A stretch of DNA of 63,843 bases, filler included, from Octopus bimaculoides (GCF_001194135.2; 6 parts of 6 records of this genome joined end to end with filler, not necessarily neighbours in it), one strand, 5' to 3'; numbered from the whole stretch's first letter, positions 1 through 13,961 are shown. Made by a program: numbers and translations. Notes: generated by a model not told the origin, from the letters alone.

Positions 1-34
<34 letters not shown>

Positions 35-436
35 GCACACACCCACTTCTTTAAACGTAGGCATATATTCACACCACTTGCGACGAAGTCTGTGTCAGTG
101 TATGTTCATAATTCCACCCTTACCTGTACCCTTGTCGGTTTATACTCGGAGTAGTTGGCTTGTATAATGTGGTTATTAGATGATAGTGTCGTTTCGACAT
201 ATATATGTATATGAACAGATATGAATGCTCTAATATGGTGAAAAAAAAATCTAAAAATTGTATTGATTTTCTTTTCTCGAGAACTAAATGTCTTAGCAAG
301 TATGAGCTTTCGGAAAAATGCTGTTGTGTCGATATTGTATATTTGTGTTAAAACAAAATTTATTTCGGGAACCGACATGCCATACGTTGCACACAGATGA
401 TAATAACTCTAATGATTAACACATCAGCAACAATAA

Positions 437-931
437 CAACGAACCCGAAAGGTTGAAGGGCAAATTTGACTTTGGCGTAATTTGAATTCAAATGAAATAC
501 CACCAAACATTGTGCGACACGCTAAAGTTTCTGCCTGCCAACTATCTTAAGATGACAACAGCAGGAACAGCAACAACGACAAGGGTAGTGTCGATATCAT
601 TGTCCACAGTGTCTCGATGGACTCCAGAAGGATAAAATCCAAAGTCGACCTCGGCCGCTTTGGAACATAATACGCAAAGACGCTAAGCATTTTGTCCGGC
701 GCAATAACATTTCTACCTACTCAATGCCTTCAACAACAATAATAAATATTCCTACTAAAGGCACAAAGCCCGAAATTTCTGGGGAAGGGGCTGAGTCGAT
801 TACATCGACCCCAGTGCGACTTCGGCAGAATTTGAACTCAGAACGTAAAGACGGACGAAAAGCCGCTAAGTATTTTGCCGACGTGCTAACGATTCTGTCA
901 GCTCGCTGCCTCAATAATAATGATAATAATG

Positions 932-973
<42 letters not shown>

Positions 974-1077
974 GTAATAATAATTTTTCAAATTTTGCCA
1001 CAAGGGCAGCCATTTTGGGGGAAGAGGTGTGTCGATTACATCGACTCCAGTGTTCAACTGGTATTTGTTTTATCGAC
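437..1077 (-). mobile_element. Cluster of four partial tRNA-derived SINE family A copies separated by (AAT)n and other trinucleotide tracts
   Basis: Family motifs recur: gtcgattacatcgaccccagt, aaagtcgacctcgg and gaatttgaactcagaacg (reverse complement of B box GAGTTCAAATT). The same motifs appear at more than 10 other loci in the window. Confidence 0.8.
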
Positions 1078-1096
1078 CACCACCATCACCACCACC

Positions 1097-1128
<32 letters not shown>

Positions 1129-3012
1129 CAACGACGACGTCGATGATGATAATGATAAAGTTATTAATCAGAGGAACATATTAATAGAATATATTTAGCA
1201 AAGTATTAATTAAATATACAATCACAATGATCAACGAATGTAATGAAACCAATAAATATTTGATAAATGATATAATATTAAGAAATAAAATAGAATTACA
1301 CTTATGCATATATTCAAGTAATTGTGACGTAATAGTGTATTTGGTTTTGGGTACAAGATGAGTGGGATTATCAAAGTCGGACCCAATATAAATCTTTTGG
1401 TAGAGAACATAATCCGACTTGTACTTGATGTTGACTTTAGTAGTTTTGCCACTAAGTTAAAAGTTATAATTATGATAATGATTCGCTCCCTTTCCGTTAA
1501 GCTTGCACATGTCACCAATATTCCATCGTTGTGGGACTTGAAAATATATCTATACATTTTAAAACCGTAGTTGGAAGTATATGGACATATTAAGAATATT
1601 TGTAATAACTACTTCGAGACCGTTGGGCTTTAAGTCACGGTCATGACTAGCCAGAGGTAGGTGAACACCGTGGAATCAGCTCTGGTTTTGAGTGTAGGTC
1701 TACACCGGCCATATCATAAGCTAAATGAAAATGATATGTGTCGACAAGCCGGTGACAAAAGTCCGGCAAGGGGAAGACTAACGTCGAAAATATGATCGCA
1801 ATAAGAAACACCATTTCTCACCAATCAAGATAAAGCAAAAGCGCGCGTGTACGCAAACACATACACACACACACACATACACAAAGACACACACACACAC
1901 AGACACACACACAAACAGATACACAGACACAACACACACACACAAAGACACACACATACAGGCACACACCGTTAACTTCAAACACTCTTCGATACAAGGA
2001 TCCACACAAAGGCAATGTTTACTCAGAATATTTTAAAAATATCCCCAAATTCATAAAGAACGCACATATTTTTAAATAGACAATTCTAACACCGCTCAAT
2101 GCATATGCATATATTTGCATACGCACATACACACATCCCCATATACACGTGATACACATGATACACATGAACACTTAAAAGTCACGCACACCACGAGACC
2201 ACAAATATTCTTCTATCTGCTTGATCTACTAGACGTTCCCTCAAATCAAACCCAACCGTCATAAGAAAGCGCATGCTAGATAATCTGGCCATGGGTAACA
2301 CACACTTAGGAAAAAATGGGATAGCGACGGATGGAATGTGTTTCATCTTAAATGTGTTTGATAAAGACTGACTTAGAGATGAACAACAACAAACATGGAC
2401 AAATATTCGGGCTAAACAATGATGGCAACGACATAACAGCAAACACCGTTTTACATGTGCTCGGTTACACACACAAACACACACGCGCGCGCGTTCACTC
2501 TTGTATACATAATTTTATATTAAAAAAAAACAATAAAGCACAACTTTGTGAGATACAGAGACTAATAGACAAGTAAATCTTTTTCAATTTCCGCCGAAAG
2601 AGAATTTATAGAAATCTTAAGTATCTTCCATTCTAAATGTGAGACATAATATTTCTTACCGAATCGATAACGTATAATATGGTTATATTTTTGTGGAATA
2701 ATATTCTTATAAATGAAATTCCAAAGATAATTTTGAAGCAATTATATTGTTATCTAGTGGATCGGAGAAATATTTCATACAACCAACATTCATATAATAT
2801 TATTGATATTGTTATATATCGCATTCTACGAAGAATATTGTTTGCTTTTTTTTAATTGAAAAATTTATCATTCAAGTGTTAAAACTTCTTTAAATGTTAG
2901 ATATTGGTTGCGAAATATATAGCGTTTGCATTTTTCATAAGAAATTAAATATTTAACCTTTGCGTGAATTGTTCGTGGCAGAGATATATTAACACACATA
3001 CACACCTACATA

Positions 3013-3055
<43 letters not shown>

Positions 3056-3634
3056 NNNNNNNNNNNNNNNNNNNNNNNNNNNNNNNNNNNNNNNNNNNNN
3101 NNNNNNNNNNNNNNNNNNNNNNNNNNNNNNNNNNNNNNNNNNNNNNNNNNNNNNNNNNNNNNNNNNNNNNNNNNNNNNNNNNNNNNNNNNNNNNNNNNNN
3201 NNNNNNNNNNNNNNNNNNNNNNNNNNNNNNNNNNNNNNNNNNNNNNNNNNNNNNNNNNNNNNNNNNNNNNNNNNNNNNNNNNNNNNNNNNNNNNNNNNNN
3301 NNNNNNNNNNNNNNNNNNNNNNNNNNNNNNNNNNNNNNNNNNNNNNNNNNNNNNNNNNNNNNNNNNNNNNNNNNNNNNNNNNNNNNNNNNNNNNNTATAT
3401 AGATAGACAGATAGATAGATAGATAGATATGCCAATACACACACACATGCACACATATATATATGTATGTGTGTGTGTGTACATATACATATCTATATAT
3501 GTATAAACTTATATTCTTGTATATACAGTATTTTGAACACATATACACACACATACATAAAAGAAAGCTACATTTAATTCGTAAGTCAGAGACATATAAA
3601 TGCACAAACACACACAATTGTTTTACTGTCTGTC

Positions 3635-3669
<35 letters not shown>

Positions 3670-3698
3670 GCCTGCCTGCCTGCCTGCCTGTCTGCCTG

Positions 3699-3738
<40 letters not shown>

Positions 3739-3886
3739 ACTCTCTCTCTCCCTCTCTTACATATATACGCACATATTAGTATATAACAAATGTATTTTGG
3801 TTGTCGGAAGATTGAATAGAAAAGACACGATACAATTTTTAAACAAAAAACACAAAAACCTTTTTCAATTGAAAGTCTATTCCTTT

Positions 3887-3988
<102 letters not shown>

Positions 3989-4489
3989 TAAATGTGAAAC
4001 AGAAGCATCCATATACAATTACCTACTCGCATGCATACATATATATGAAAGTTCTTACATGCGTATATACGCACGTATACATATATATGCTTAAATAAAT
4101 GTATAACGTTACATATATTTCGAAATACACACACAGACAAACATATATAAATATGTATGTGTGTGTCTGTGTGTGTATGTATATACATATACATGTACAT
4201 GAATGTACAATCATTCGTACATTTATGTATGTGTGTGTATGTATGTGTATATCGAAAGCGACCGGTGCTTACTTAAAGAAAAATAAAGTACGGGTCATTT
4301 CTAGAGTTCAAAAAAAAAAAATTATGTGATATAGTCCGTTAATGTCAACACATGGCAGCGTCAAATTTCATGTACGCTATAATAATATTTGGGAAGAACT
4401 ATTACTGCTTGAAACTGAATCGTAAAGTAAAATTTATGTTAAGATCTGATAAATAATGCAGATTAAAGTAATCTACGTACTAAAAACTA

Positions 4490-5300
4490 TACGAGGCCTG
4501 GTTGACCAAGATGGACACATGGAATGTTACTAAATGAAATCTATTTTTCAACGTAGCTTCCCATGCGGTCAACGCACGCATTCCTTCCATCGGTGTCTCG
4601 CTGCTTATATCCCATTAACGAAGAAACTTTCATCGTGTTTGTAAAAGCATTCAGAAGCAGATATGATACCATCATCATTTTGACACTACATTCCAGCAAT
4701 ATGTTTTCTCATGTTTCTGGAATAGCTGACAATCTGGTGGAGCCAAATCAGGAGAACAAGGATGGTGGTCAACCAGTTCAAAGCCACAGTCACGTACAAC
4801 AGCCATTGATACCAAGAATTTGTGTGCTGGAGCATAGTCCTGATGAAACAAGATCCTTTCGTCAGTTTTCCTGGACGTTTGGTCTTGATACCCTTTCATA
4901 ACTGCCTCAGAAAATTAGCATAGTGCTCTTCATTGACTGTGTGGCCCTTTGGAAGATAGTCAATAAATACAATGCTTTCTTTATTTGAAAAAATTGAGGC
5001 AATCACCTTCCCTGCTGATGAAAGACCTTCCCTTACTTTGGAATAAGTGAAGGGGGATATTTCTACTGCATGGGGTACGTTTTTGTCTCTCACTGAAAGT
5101 GATGAACCCACCATTCCTTCTGAGTTAGGGAACATTTAAGGAAATCAGCCTCAAACAATGTCAGATTTTGCCGTGATGCCATCAGCCTGGTGCACTTTTG
5201 ATCAGGTACCAGAAAAAGTGGCACCCACAGGGCAGAAATTGTCGTCGGGCTAAGTTCTTTGGGAAGAATATTCTCGAGTCATTAACGGGATATGCTAACA
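4490..5300 (-). mobile_element. Decayed mariner (DD34D-type) transposase, 5'-truncated
   Basis: Minus-strand translation across frameshifts gives WVP...DQK, WVHH, SAGKVIASIF...IVFIDYLPKG, LFHQDYAPAH, FELVDHHPCSPDLAP. The terminus starts TACGAG at 4490. Confidence 0.9.
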
Positions 5301-5319
5301 ACATTGACTGTTTGATTTA

Positions 5320-5492
5320 TAGTCAATCACCAACAAAATGAAAGCTTCTGTAATAATAGGATCCAAGCATTGCAACACCGATGCAAGAAGTGTGTGGACC
5401 GCAAGAGCGAGTATATTGGAAAATAAACCTCCCTTGGTTATATTCCATGAGAGTATATTGGTCAGCCTATGAACATTCCAGCTGACTCTCCT
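5320..5492 (+). mobile_element. Second mariner 3' end in opposite orientation
   Basis: Encodes GIQALQHRCKKCVDRK-like transposase C-terminus; its reverse complement aligns by eye to 4490-4640. Confidence 0.75.
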
Positions 5493-6176
5493 ATGTGTAC
5501 GTATATGTGCACGGTCGTGTTTTTTTATGTCCATCCCACCAAAGTAGAGTTTTCTCCATATATTGCCGTGTATTACTTCATTTTAATAGAAAATCAAATG
5601 ATTATAGTGGTGCATAATTTTTTGAAATTATTTTTCGTTTAATGTTTTATTATTACTATGTTTACTTTAAACTGTTTCATACTTCTAGTAGAATAATTTC
5701 CATTTTTGTTGTTGATTTCATTATTTGATATTCAATTCCAGAAAAATGGACTTTGTTGACACTAGAAACTTTCTTATTTAATCTGGAACATATTTTTTAA
5801 AGATATATAATATATATATATATAAATGTTAGTCTAGAGTGTAATCAAACTTATCAAATATTGAAAATGAAAAACTTAAAAAGCATCGTCTAAAGCTCAA
5901 ATCGTTCTAAAGTGAAACCTTTCATCTATTTACTTGTTTTAGCCATTGGACAGCAGCTATGCTGTGACTCCGCTTTGAGGTATTTCGTCGCACAAATCGA
6001 CTTCAGTACTTGCTTTTTAAAGTCTGATACATTGTCTATCGGACACTTTTGCCGAACCTCTAAGTACGTAAACAAAACAATGCTGGTTAAGTGGTGGTGG
6101 GGATAAACACACACGAAGACACATGCACCAATATACATATGTTTGTCTGTGTATGTATGCGTGTTTTTGTGTGTCT

Positions 6177-6983
6177 CAATTTCATAGGGATGTTGAAGAT
6201 AAGACAGACAGAGGAAAAAGATGGCTGCGGATGACTAAAAATGATTTACAACTGGAAACGGAAGCTCTAATCTGTGCAGCCCAAGAGCAAGCACTATGCA
6301 CAAACTACATAAAATACAGAATAGACAAGACAGCAGAAAGTGTTAAGTGCAGAATCTGTGGACAAAACGGTGAAACCGTATGGCATATTACCAGCAACTG
6401 TACGCCACTAGCCCAGAAAGAATATAAGAGACGCCACGACAATACAGCCAGGCTTGTCCATTGGACACTTTGCAACAAGTGTTGACAGAGTAAAAAAATT
6501 GGTACGACCACAAACCAGAAGGCATCGTCGAAAATAAAAATTCAAAGATCCTATGAGATTTTAGCATTCACTGCGACCATGAAATAGAGAATAGGAAGCC
6601 GGACATAATCTTAATCAAGAAATAAAAGCAAACTATACTGGATCATAGATAGAGCATGCCCAGCTGACTACAAGTTATGCGATAAGGAAGAAAGAAAATT
6701 TGAGAGATATGACAGGTTAGCTTGGGAAGTTAAGCGGTTGTGGTCGATGAAAAAGATAGCAGTACCAAAAATTGTCGGAGCCCTGGGTACAGTGAGCAAA
6801 AATCTAGAGAAGTACGTGGAACAAATAGGGGCTAAGGGTGGAGCACTTTCAGAAAACATCACTGCTTGGAACTGCTCGAATACTCCGGGAGGTGCTCGAA
6901 ATATAAGAGGTGTTACATTAGTTCACTGGTAGGGAACAGCTGACACTGTAGTACATCTCCAGCTTTAGAATCTGTGCAAAGGC
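6177..6983 (+). mobile_element. R4/Dong-like non-LTR retrotransposon 3' fragment (CCHC knuckle + restriction-like endonuclease), ending in (AAT)n
   Basis: LETEALICAAQEQAL, CRICGQNGETVWHITSNC, EYKRRHD, KPDII..IIDRACP, IVGALG, with stops and frameshifts. The (AAT)n tract runs about 6984-7110. Confidence 0.9.
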
Positions 6984-6999
6984 AATAATAATAATAATA

Positions 7000-7062
<63 letters not shown>

Positions 7063-7117
7063 GTAATAATAATAATAGTAATAATAATAATAATAACAAC
7101 AACAATTATGATAAGAA

Positions 7118-7312
7118 TGTTTTCTATTAAAGGCATAAGGCATCTAATTTGGAGGGAGGGGACTAGTACATTACATCGACCCCAGTCTTTCACTGGTACT
7201 TAATTTATCGACCTCGAAATGGTAAAAGGCAAAGTCGACCTCGGCGTATTTTCAGCACAAAACGCAGTCACGGAATAAATACCGCTCAGCATCTCGTCCA
7301 GCCATTTCACCG
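7118..7312 (-). mobile_element. SINE family A copy
   Basis: acatcgaccccagt...ttatcgacctcgaaa...aaagtcgacctcggcg family motifs. Confidence 0.8.
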
Positions 7313-7329
7313 ACTAATAATAATACATA

Positions 7330-7565
7330 TATATATATATATATATAGCTGAGCACTTCACAGGCACATATATCCTTGACGTAGTTCTCAAAAGGTTTAG
7401 CGTAACACATTGTGACAATAATGGCCTTTTGAATTACAAATATAAGCCATTTTTGCCATGTGATTGGGCTGGAGCAACAGAAAATAAAGTTTCTTTCTTG
7501 AGGACCCGACCGGCGCTGGTAATCGAACTCATGATCGTACGATCATGAGTTGAACACTCTAAAAA
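7330..7565 (-). mobile_element. tRNA-derived SINE family C copy
   Basis: gtaatcgaactcatgatcgtacgatcatgagttgaacactct is the reverse complement of a tRNA-like head; similar to 26363-26620, 21860-22010 and 48310-48620. Confidence 0.6.
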
Positions 7566-8039
7566 GCTTGATAATCGAATTACAGAATTTACTAAAGAAA
7601 ATATTTCAAAGAAAAGAGTCTCCATAATGAATACTTCGCCAGTCACCACAGAGACGTAAGTAAATGTGAAATCCACCACTGGGTGAAAAGATCCGGTCCA
7701 AACGCAGACCCGAAAGGACTGATTCTCGCTGCACAAAACCAGAGTATGATCGCAAACAATTGTAAAAATAAAGTGATGAAAACAAACATCGTAACGCTGA
7801 TTACAGAATGTTCAACCAACAGTATATGTCTGGTTTTCTTGTCTTCGCGAAATCTGAATACATGCGCGCTCACACATGCACACACACACACACAGATACA
7901 GACACAGACACAGACACAGACACAGACACACAGACACACACGCACAGACACACATACACACACGCACACACACACACACTCACACGCACAATCGGGTTGG
8001 CAGCTATACGCACTTTGATGCGACGAGAGACATGATATG

Positions 8040-8415
8040 ATATAAATATGGTTGATCACAACGAAGTTGCCACGGTCATCTGGAATATTCCTGTCCAAAA
8101 TGAGGAAAAAATCAGGGACTACTATCCAGACATGATAATCAAGGACTGGAAAACAGATCACATGTCCCCTGATAGCTATCACAATCCCTTATGACCACAC
8201 TAATGCTCTATAAGTGGAAAACCTGGCGAAATATTCAGGATGTGGGCATAGAAAGGGAAAACAGTACCAATAATATCTGGTGTAGTAGGTATGATAAAAT
8301 ATATGAATATATACGAAGAAACTGCACCAAGTCTCGCAATACTACATTTTGTCCAAAACATTTCTCAGCTCGGAACGGCCAGTATCTTTAGCAAGAAATT
8401 ATCAATTCAACAGAA
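8040..8415 (+). mobile_element. Degraded R4/Dong-like LINE C-terminal fragment
   Basis: TVIWNIPVQ..KIR..YPDMIIKD, KTVPIISGVVGMIK, QLGTASIFSKKLSI match the REL-domain C-terminus pattern. Confidence 0.65.
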
Positions 8416-9184
8416 CGCGTCAAATATGACACTCGTCACACCTAACACACACCTTGTACACTATGCATTTACTAAATTAAAACAACGCAATACAGAAAAT
8501 TACACAGGCCATATTGCACACATCACATACAACAGAAGAAACACTAATTATAACACAAGAAGCAACGAACTAATCCCCATAACAAAGCAAGTTTTTGAAG
8601 TTTGCAAAAAATACCTGTTAAGTGTTGTATTTCTGAAATATAATATTCCCCATACACTGTATTTTAGTAGCAAAAATATACTTAAAATCTACCGGATCTG
8701 ATTAATGCCTTTCTTGCGTCATTAATTAAAACATAATAAATTCGTACTGTGGATGTTTTCAGGAAAGGAGAGGAAAATGACGAGATAAGCGTTGTTATTA
8801 AAATTCCATTTAATTACAATCAATACTGAGTTTTCATTCCAAGTTAGGAGTTGCTCTGTTCAGTAGCAAATACTCATCGATAAAAAAAAAAATCAAAAAA
8901 AGTATAACTCAGTTTCAATTAATACACGACATGCATTTTGTTTTAATATTATACCTTAAAAGAGTAGTTCGTTATATAGCGCTCATCCTGAATGTAATTG
9001 AATTCGTAACATATTACAATAAAAAGCGAACATTCTAATATAAGATCGCTATTCAAAGTGCTTCATTATAATTTAATATAATACGTAATATTTTAATTTG
9101 GCTCAAGCAATATTACAATAAAATACAGTGGTGGTGATAGGCTGTAATATTTAATAGCTTTCCAAAGGCATTACTAACATGATG

Positions 9185-9251
<67 letters not shown>

Positions 9252-9255
9252 TAAT

Positions 9256-9560
9256 AATGTTCGGTATGTCGCTGCAATCCTGAAGTGGACAGAGGAGGAG
9301 CTAAAGGAGATGGACAGGAAGTCAAGAAAGCTCCTAACGAAGCATGGATCCCATCGTCCACTTGCAGACACAGATCACCTATACATAAAGCAAGCAAATG
9401 GAAGAGGAGGGGGTGATAAGTTTGGAAGACTGCGTGCGTATCGAACTTGAGAGCTTAAGGAGGTACCTAGCCCAATATAAGGAAACCTTGCTAGCGTCAG
9501 TTAGGAATGAGGGAATATTGAGAGCAGAGAAAAAGGGGGAAACAAAGGAGGAAGTACAAA
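9256..9560 (+). mobile_element. R4/Dong-like LINE fragment (post-RT thumb region) directly after (AAT)n
   Basis: RYVAAILKWTEEELKEMDRKSRKLLTKHG..DTDHLYI..GRGG / ISLEDCVRIE. Confidence 0.85.
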
Positions 9561-9584
9561 AAGTTCTATATTTAAGAGATGATG

Positions 9585-9725
9585 AATTATGTACATTATT
9601 TACATTATTTACAATTGACGGATATTTGTCCTCATCTTGTTTGTTGTTAACTCAACGTTTCGGATGATATACCCTCCAGCCTTCATCAGGTGTCTTGAGT
9701 TCTCATTCCTAAGGTATTTTTCGAG

Positions 9726-9726
<1 letters not shown>
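9585..9726 (-). mobile_element. Short Penelope-like/retrozyme-like cassette with hammerhead-like motif at 9649-9694
   Basis: Minus strand reads GACAC-CTGATGA-A-GGCTG..CATCC-GAAAC-GTT-GAGTT. A second copy is at 11007-11094. Confidence 0.6.
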
Positions 9727-9794
<68 letters not shown>

Positions 9795-9798
<4 letters not shown>

Positions 9799-9864
9799 TC
9801 ACTTCCTGGAATCGAACTCGGAATCTTGGGGTTAGTAGCCCGCACTCTTAATCACTACGCCATA
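9795..9864 (-). mobile_element. tRNA-derived SINE head (about 70 nt) between (AAT)n tracts
   Basis: A-box TGGCGTAGTGA and B-box GAGTTCGATTCC. The 5' acceptor strand is missing and the anticodon stem is imperfect, so it is not called a tRNA gene. Confidence 0.7.
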
Positions 9865-9899
9865 ATAATAATAATAACAATAACAACAACAACAACAAC

Positions 9900-9932
<33 letters not shown>

Positions 9933-10744
9933 NNNNNNNNNNNNNNNNNNNNNNNNNNNNNNNNNNNNNNNNNNNNNNNNNNNNNNNNNNNNNNNNNNNN
10001 NNNNNNNNNNNNNNNNNNNNNNNNNNNNNNNNNNNNNNNNNNNNNNNNNNNNNNNNNNNNNNNNNNNNNNNNNNNNNNNNNNNNNNNNNNNNNNNNNNNN
10101 NNNNNNNNNNNNNNNNNNNNNNNNNNNNNNNNNNNNNNNNNNNNNNNNNNNNNNNNNNNNNNNNNNNNNNNNNNNNNNNNNNNNNNNNNNNNNNNNNNNN
10201 NNNNNNNNNNNNNNNNNNNNNNNNNNNNNNNNNNNNNNNNNNNNNNNNNNNNNNNNNNNNNNNNNNNNNNNNNNNNNNNNNNNNNNNNNNNNNNNNNNNN
10301 NNNNNNNNNNNNNNNNNNNNNNNNNNNNNNNNNNNNNNNNNNNNNNNNNNNNNNNNNNNNNNNNNNNNNNNNNNNNNNNNNNNNNNNNNNNNNNNNNNNN
10401 NNNNNNNNNNNNNNNNNNNNNNNNNNNNNNNNNNNNNNNNNNNNNNNNNNNNNNNNNNNNNNNNNNNNNNNNNNNNNNNNNNNNNNNNNNNNNNNNNNNN
10501 NNNNNNNNNNNNNNNNNNNNNNNNNNNNNNNNNNNNNNNNNNNNNNNNNNNNNNNNNNNNNNNNNNNNNNNNNNNNNNNNNNNNNNNNNNNNNNNNNNNN
10601 NNNNNNNNNNNNNNNNNNNNNNNNNNNNNNNNNNNNNNNNNNNNNNNNNNNNNNNNNNNNNNNNNNNNNNNNNNNNNNNNNNNNNNNNNNNNNNNNNNNN
10701 NNNNNNNNNNNNNNNNNNNNNNNNNNNNNNNNNNNNNNNNNNNN

Positions 10745-10975
10745 AACTGCCCATATCCTACGTAAAATACTGTCTATGTGATCTCAAATTTTAAAGCAAA
10801 CATAATTTTCTTATGGTTTCTTAAACATTCACTTGAACAAAACTGTACAAATCCAAATATATGGTACCCTAGGCATAACACCTACATGAACTTCTAACTT
10901 GTTGTCTCTTGAGGTCTCTGGGTGAGACTTGGATCCAACTTGTACAAATGCAAAACAAAAGTCAAACATAAAATA
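10745..10975 (+). mobile_element. R4/Dong-like LINE ORF end plus 3' UTR, ending in (AAT)n/(AAC)n
   Basis: Translates TAHILRKILSM*, followed by about 190 nt of UTR and an aataataat tail. The upstream part is hidden in the N gap. Confidence 0.75.
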
Positions 10976-11006
10976 ATAATAATAATAACAACAACAACAA
11001 CAACAA

Positions 11007-11094
11007 CATCGAAAAATACTTTAGGAATGAGAACCCAGGTTCGAAATTTCCCCAAGACACCTGATGAAGGTTGAAGGGTATATCAGCCAAAACG
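11007..11094 (+). mobile_element. Second copy of the hammerhead-like cassette (core mutated)
   Basis: catcgaaaaatactttaggaatgagaac...gacacCTGATGAaggttg..cagccAAAAC; GAAA is changed to AAAA. Confidence 0.6.
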
Positions 11095-11099
11095 ACGGG

Positions 11100-11245
11100 G
11101 ATAGTCTATTGCATCGACCCTATTACTCAACTAGTACTTAATTTATCGACCCCGAAACGATGAAAGGCAAAGTCGCACTCGGCGGAATTTGAACTCAGAA
11201 TGTAAGAACGGACGAAGTGCCGCTAAGTATTTCACTGAGCATGCA
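11100..11245 (-). mobile_element. SINE family A copy
   Basis: atttatcgaccccgaaacgatgaaaggcaaagtcg..ctcggcggaatttgaactcagaa. Confidence 0.85.
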
Positions 11246-13839
11246 AAACAATATCTTTTTTTAATATTTAGTGGATTTACCACACTTCTGCGAGACAGGA
11301 AATTTACAGTGATATGCTTATTTGAAAACTCCGCTTAGAATCATTGCGCATTAGATTGCCTTCAGAGAATGTTCTGAAGTACTCAATTCCCAGCAGCAAA
11401 ATCTCTTGGCTGGTTTTCCGAAACTGTCACTTTACAATACATAACATTTGCATGTTAGTATATAATGGTGAGAGTTTACTTAGCAAGTTAGGAGTAATAG
11501 CGAAACGACGTACTAAATGATAAATATAATTAAGTTTTGAAATTCTATGTTCCGAGTGAATGTCCTGCTGGGAAATACGTTAACATCCATTTCTCCTAAA
11601 TCAAGACAATAAGTATCTTTCAGGCCAATTCAGTTGACGATATTTCCTTTATTTTATATTTTGTGATTATATCTAAAACCCTTTAAATATAAGGTGGTCT
11701 TTAGGGATGGCAGTATTGGTATTTAAAACAAGAGCTATTTAGAGGTTGTTATTACAATTGACAGTGTTTCTATACTGCAGATTGTAGTAAAATCAGTGCA
11801 CTACTTACTAGACGACTTATTTCACTCGAACAATAATGACTAATGTCACTGCATACTGACTAATGTAATAGTAATGACTAATGTAATAGTAAGTTTAATA
11901 TACATTATGTGGCTGATATTGCTCGCTTGTCAATATTTAGGGATAGTGCTAAAAAAGAAACTATTCTCAAGAGAACTAATAAAGCCCACTCTGTTATATT
12001 CTATTTCCTCTGAGGGTGGTAGTTTCACAGAATTTGTAGATATACCAGAATGCCATATATATATAATGCATAAATGTATCTGTAATAATGTATAATAACA
12101 TCCGTAATATTGCAATATTTCCTTCGTTATTTTACACCCTCAGTTCAAATCTGTTGAGGTTAATTCTCATTTGATCTGTTTGGAGTCGATAAAATAAAAT
12201 AACAGGTGTGTACTCTGTCGAAGAATATAGACTAGCGCCTCAACAAAATTACTGACCTTGTTCCTAAATTAGAAGTAATTATACAGAGGTTTCTTTATGA
12301 TGGTACATATTTTATGAGAATACACATTCTCAACGACACTAACAAAGTAAGCTCGGTACCCTTCAAAATACGATTCAGCATTTTTTTTACTAGAATTCTA
12401 CTTTCGAAAAACTCATACTGATGTTAGAATGAACGAATAAGAAAAGGAATGAATTTAGAATCACGGCAAAGTTTGATTTGCTGGAGATAAGCATCTCAAT
12501 GTGGATAGGAATTTTTGACGTAAATAGGCAAAGGTCACACTGCTGATCCTCCCAACTTTGGTTATATTTTGAATTCTTGAAAATATATTTAGAATGACCT
12601 TTTATAAATATCTGCGAGTTAATAAAATATTCCTGTACATGATAAGAATTTAGTGGAAACAATTTTACGACGCAAAAAATAAAACTGATTTAGCTTTCAA
12701 TTTTCATACGACTAAATGGACCAGTTCCAAAACTTTGGCTGTAAGTCGATGGTATTGATGTAGAATTTTTTAATCTACACGACTCACCTAACTCATATAT
12801 GTTTAATTTCTAGCTAATTTGGCACATGACCCTTTGCTTATATGTTGTAAACTGGAATTGTACGATCGATCGAAACTTCTATTTTAACATGATATACTTC
12901 CAAATCATTTAATATTGAACATAATTTCAATTTATATAACTAATATATTTAACGATTATTACATAGATAACCATTCAAAACGAAGTATCTACCTCAAACA
13001 ATTCAGAGCTACTTGGTGTTTGTAAGCTCTTCATGTGTTTTATTTGAAGACAGGGCTCATACGTTATTATATTTTACTGAAGAAAATGTTTAGACGTGCA
13101 TATAGGAAAACATATTGATGGAGTTATAAGTCCCCCAAAAGGAAAACAATGTTTCGATGAGGAAACAAATTTAACAGGGGTTATGAATAAAGCATTTAGT
13201 ATAAGACACTTCTCAAGGTGTCATCATTGCTGTTGGTTTGATATATTTGAACTGCTTAGTTCAGCTGGGGTACACATGGCCCTTGGGGTTCATATAAGAT
13301 TTTGTTAAAATTCATGTGTAATAAAGTTGATTATACTACTACATTTCACAAAATATTTCAACATTTTTTTTAGACAGTTCCTAATAATATTCAATTATAA
13401 AAAATATAATAAGTTTTGATTTAAAGATTGGATGAATATGAGGGTCCAGCAGAGTAAATTAGGAATCAAAAGGGTCAATAGACTACTGATTTAGACTATG
13501 ACGCATTATCTTAGACCCGAGAATGGCGGGAAGGAGGTTACTCACGTGAACTCATACCTAGGCTATTCTTTCGTATATCATGCTGGCAAATTCTTTCTTA
13601 GCTGAAGATGGAATAGCTTTTTAGTCACGAAAGAGGGGAAAAACTGGAATAATAATGTTAGGATAAAACATATTTAAACACACACACATATAACTGAAAT
13701 GAGTAATAGCTCAATTAAGACCATAGACTAAATGAAATCAGTGAACAATAAATCAAAATTCTTAAATCAAAATCAAAATCAAAATCAAAATCAAAATTCT
13801 TAAATTAAAGTAAATAAATTCTGACTGTAAGTTTACGTA

Positions 13840-13961
<122 letters not shown>

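Noticed and set aside
717-1198. ORFs with poly-N/H/Q/I/L runs
   Set aside because: They are translations of SINE A plus AAT/CAC/CAA repeats.
7576-7645. Possible 70-nt exon ending AC|GTAAGT
   Set aside because: Weak acceptor, unrecognisable peptide, no partner exon.
9795-9864. tRNA gene
   Set aside because: The acceptor stem 5' strand is absent, the anticodon stem is broken, and it is embedded in AAT tails; a SINE head fits better.
9637-10794. Long ORFs (385 aa and similar ones at 29.5, 32, 36, 42 and 51 kb)
   Set aside because: They are open only because they cross N gaps.
13096-13308. 70-aa ORF
   Set aside because: No recognisable motif or clear splice frame.
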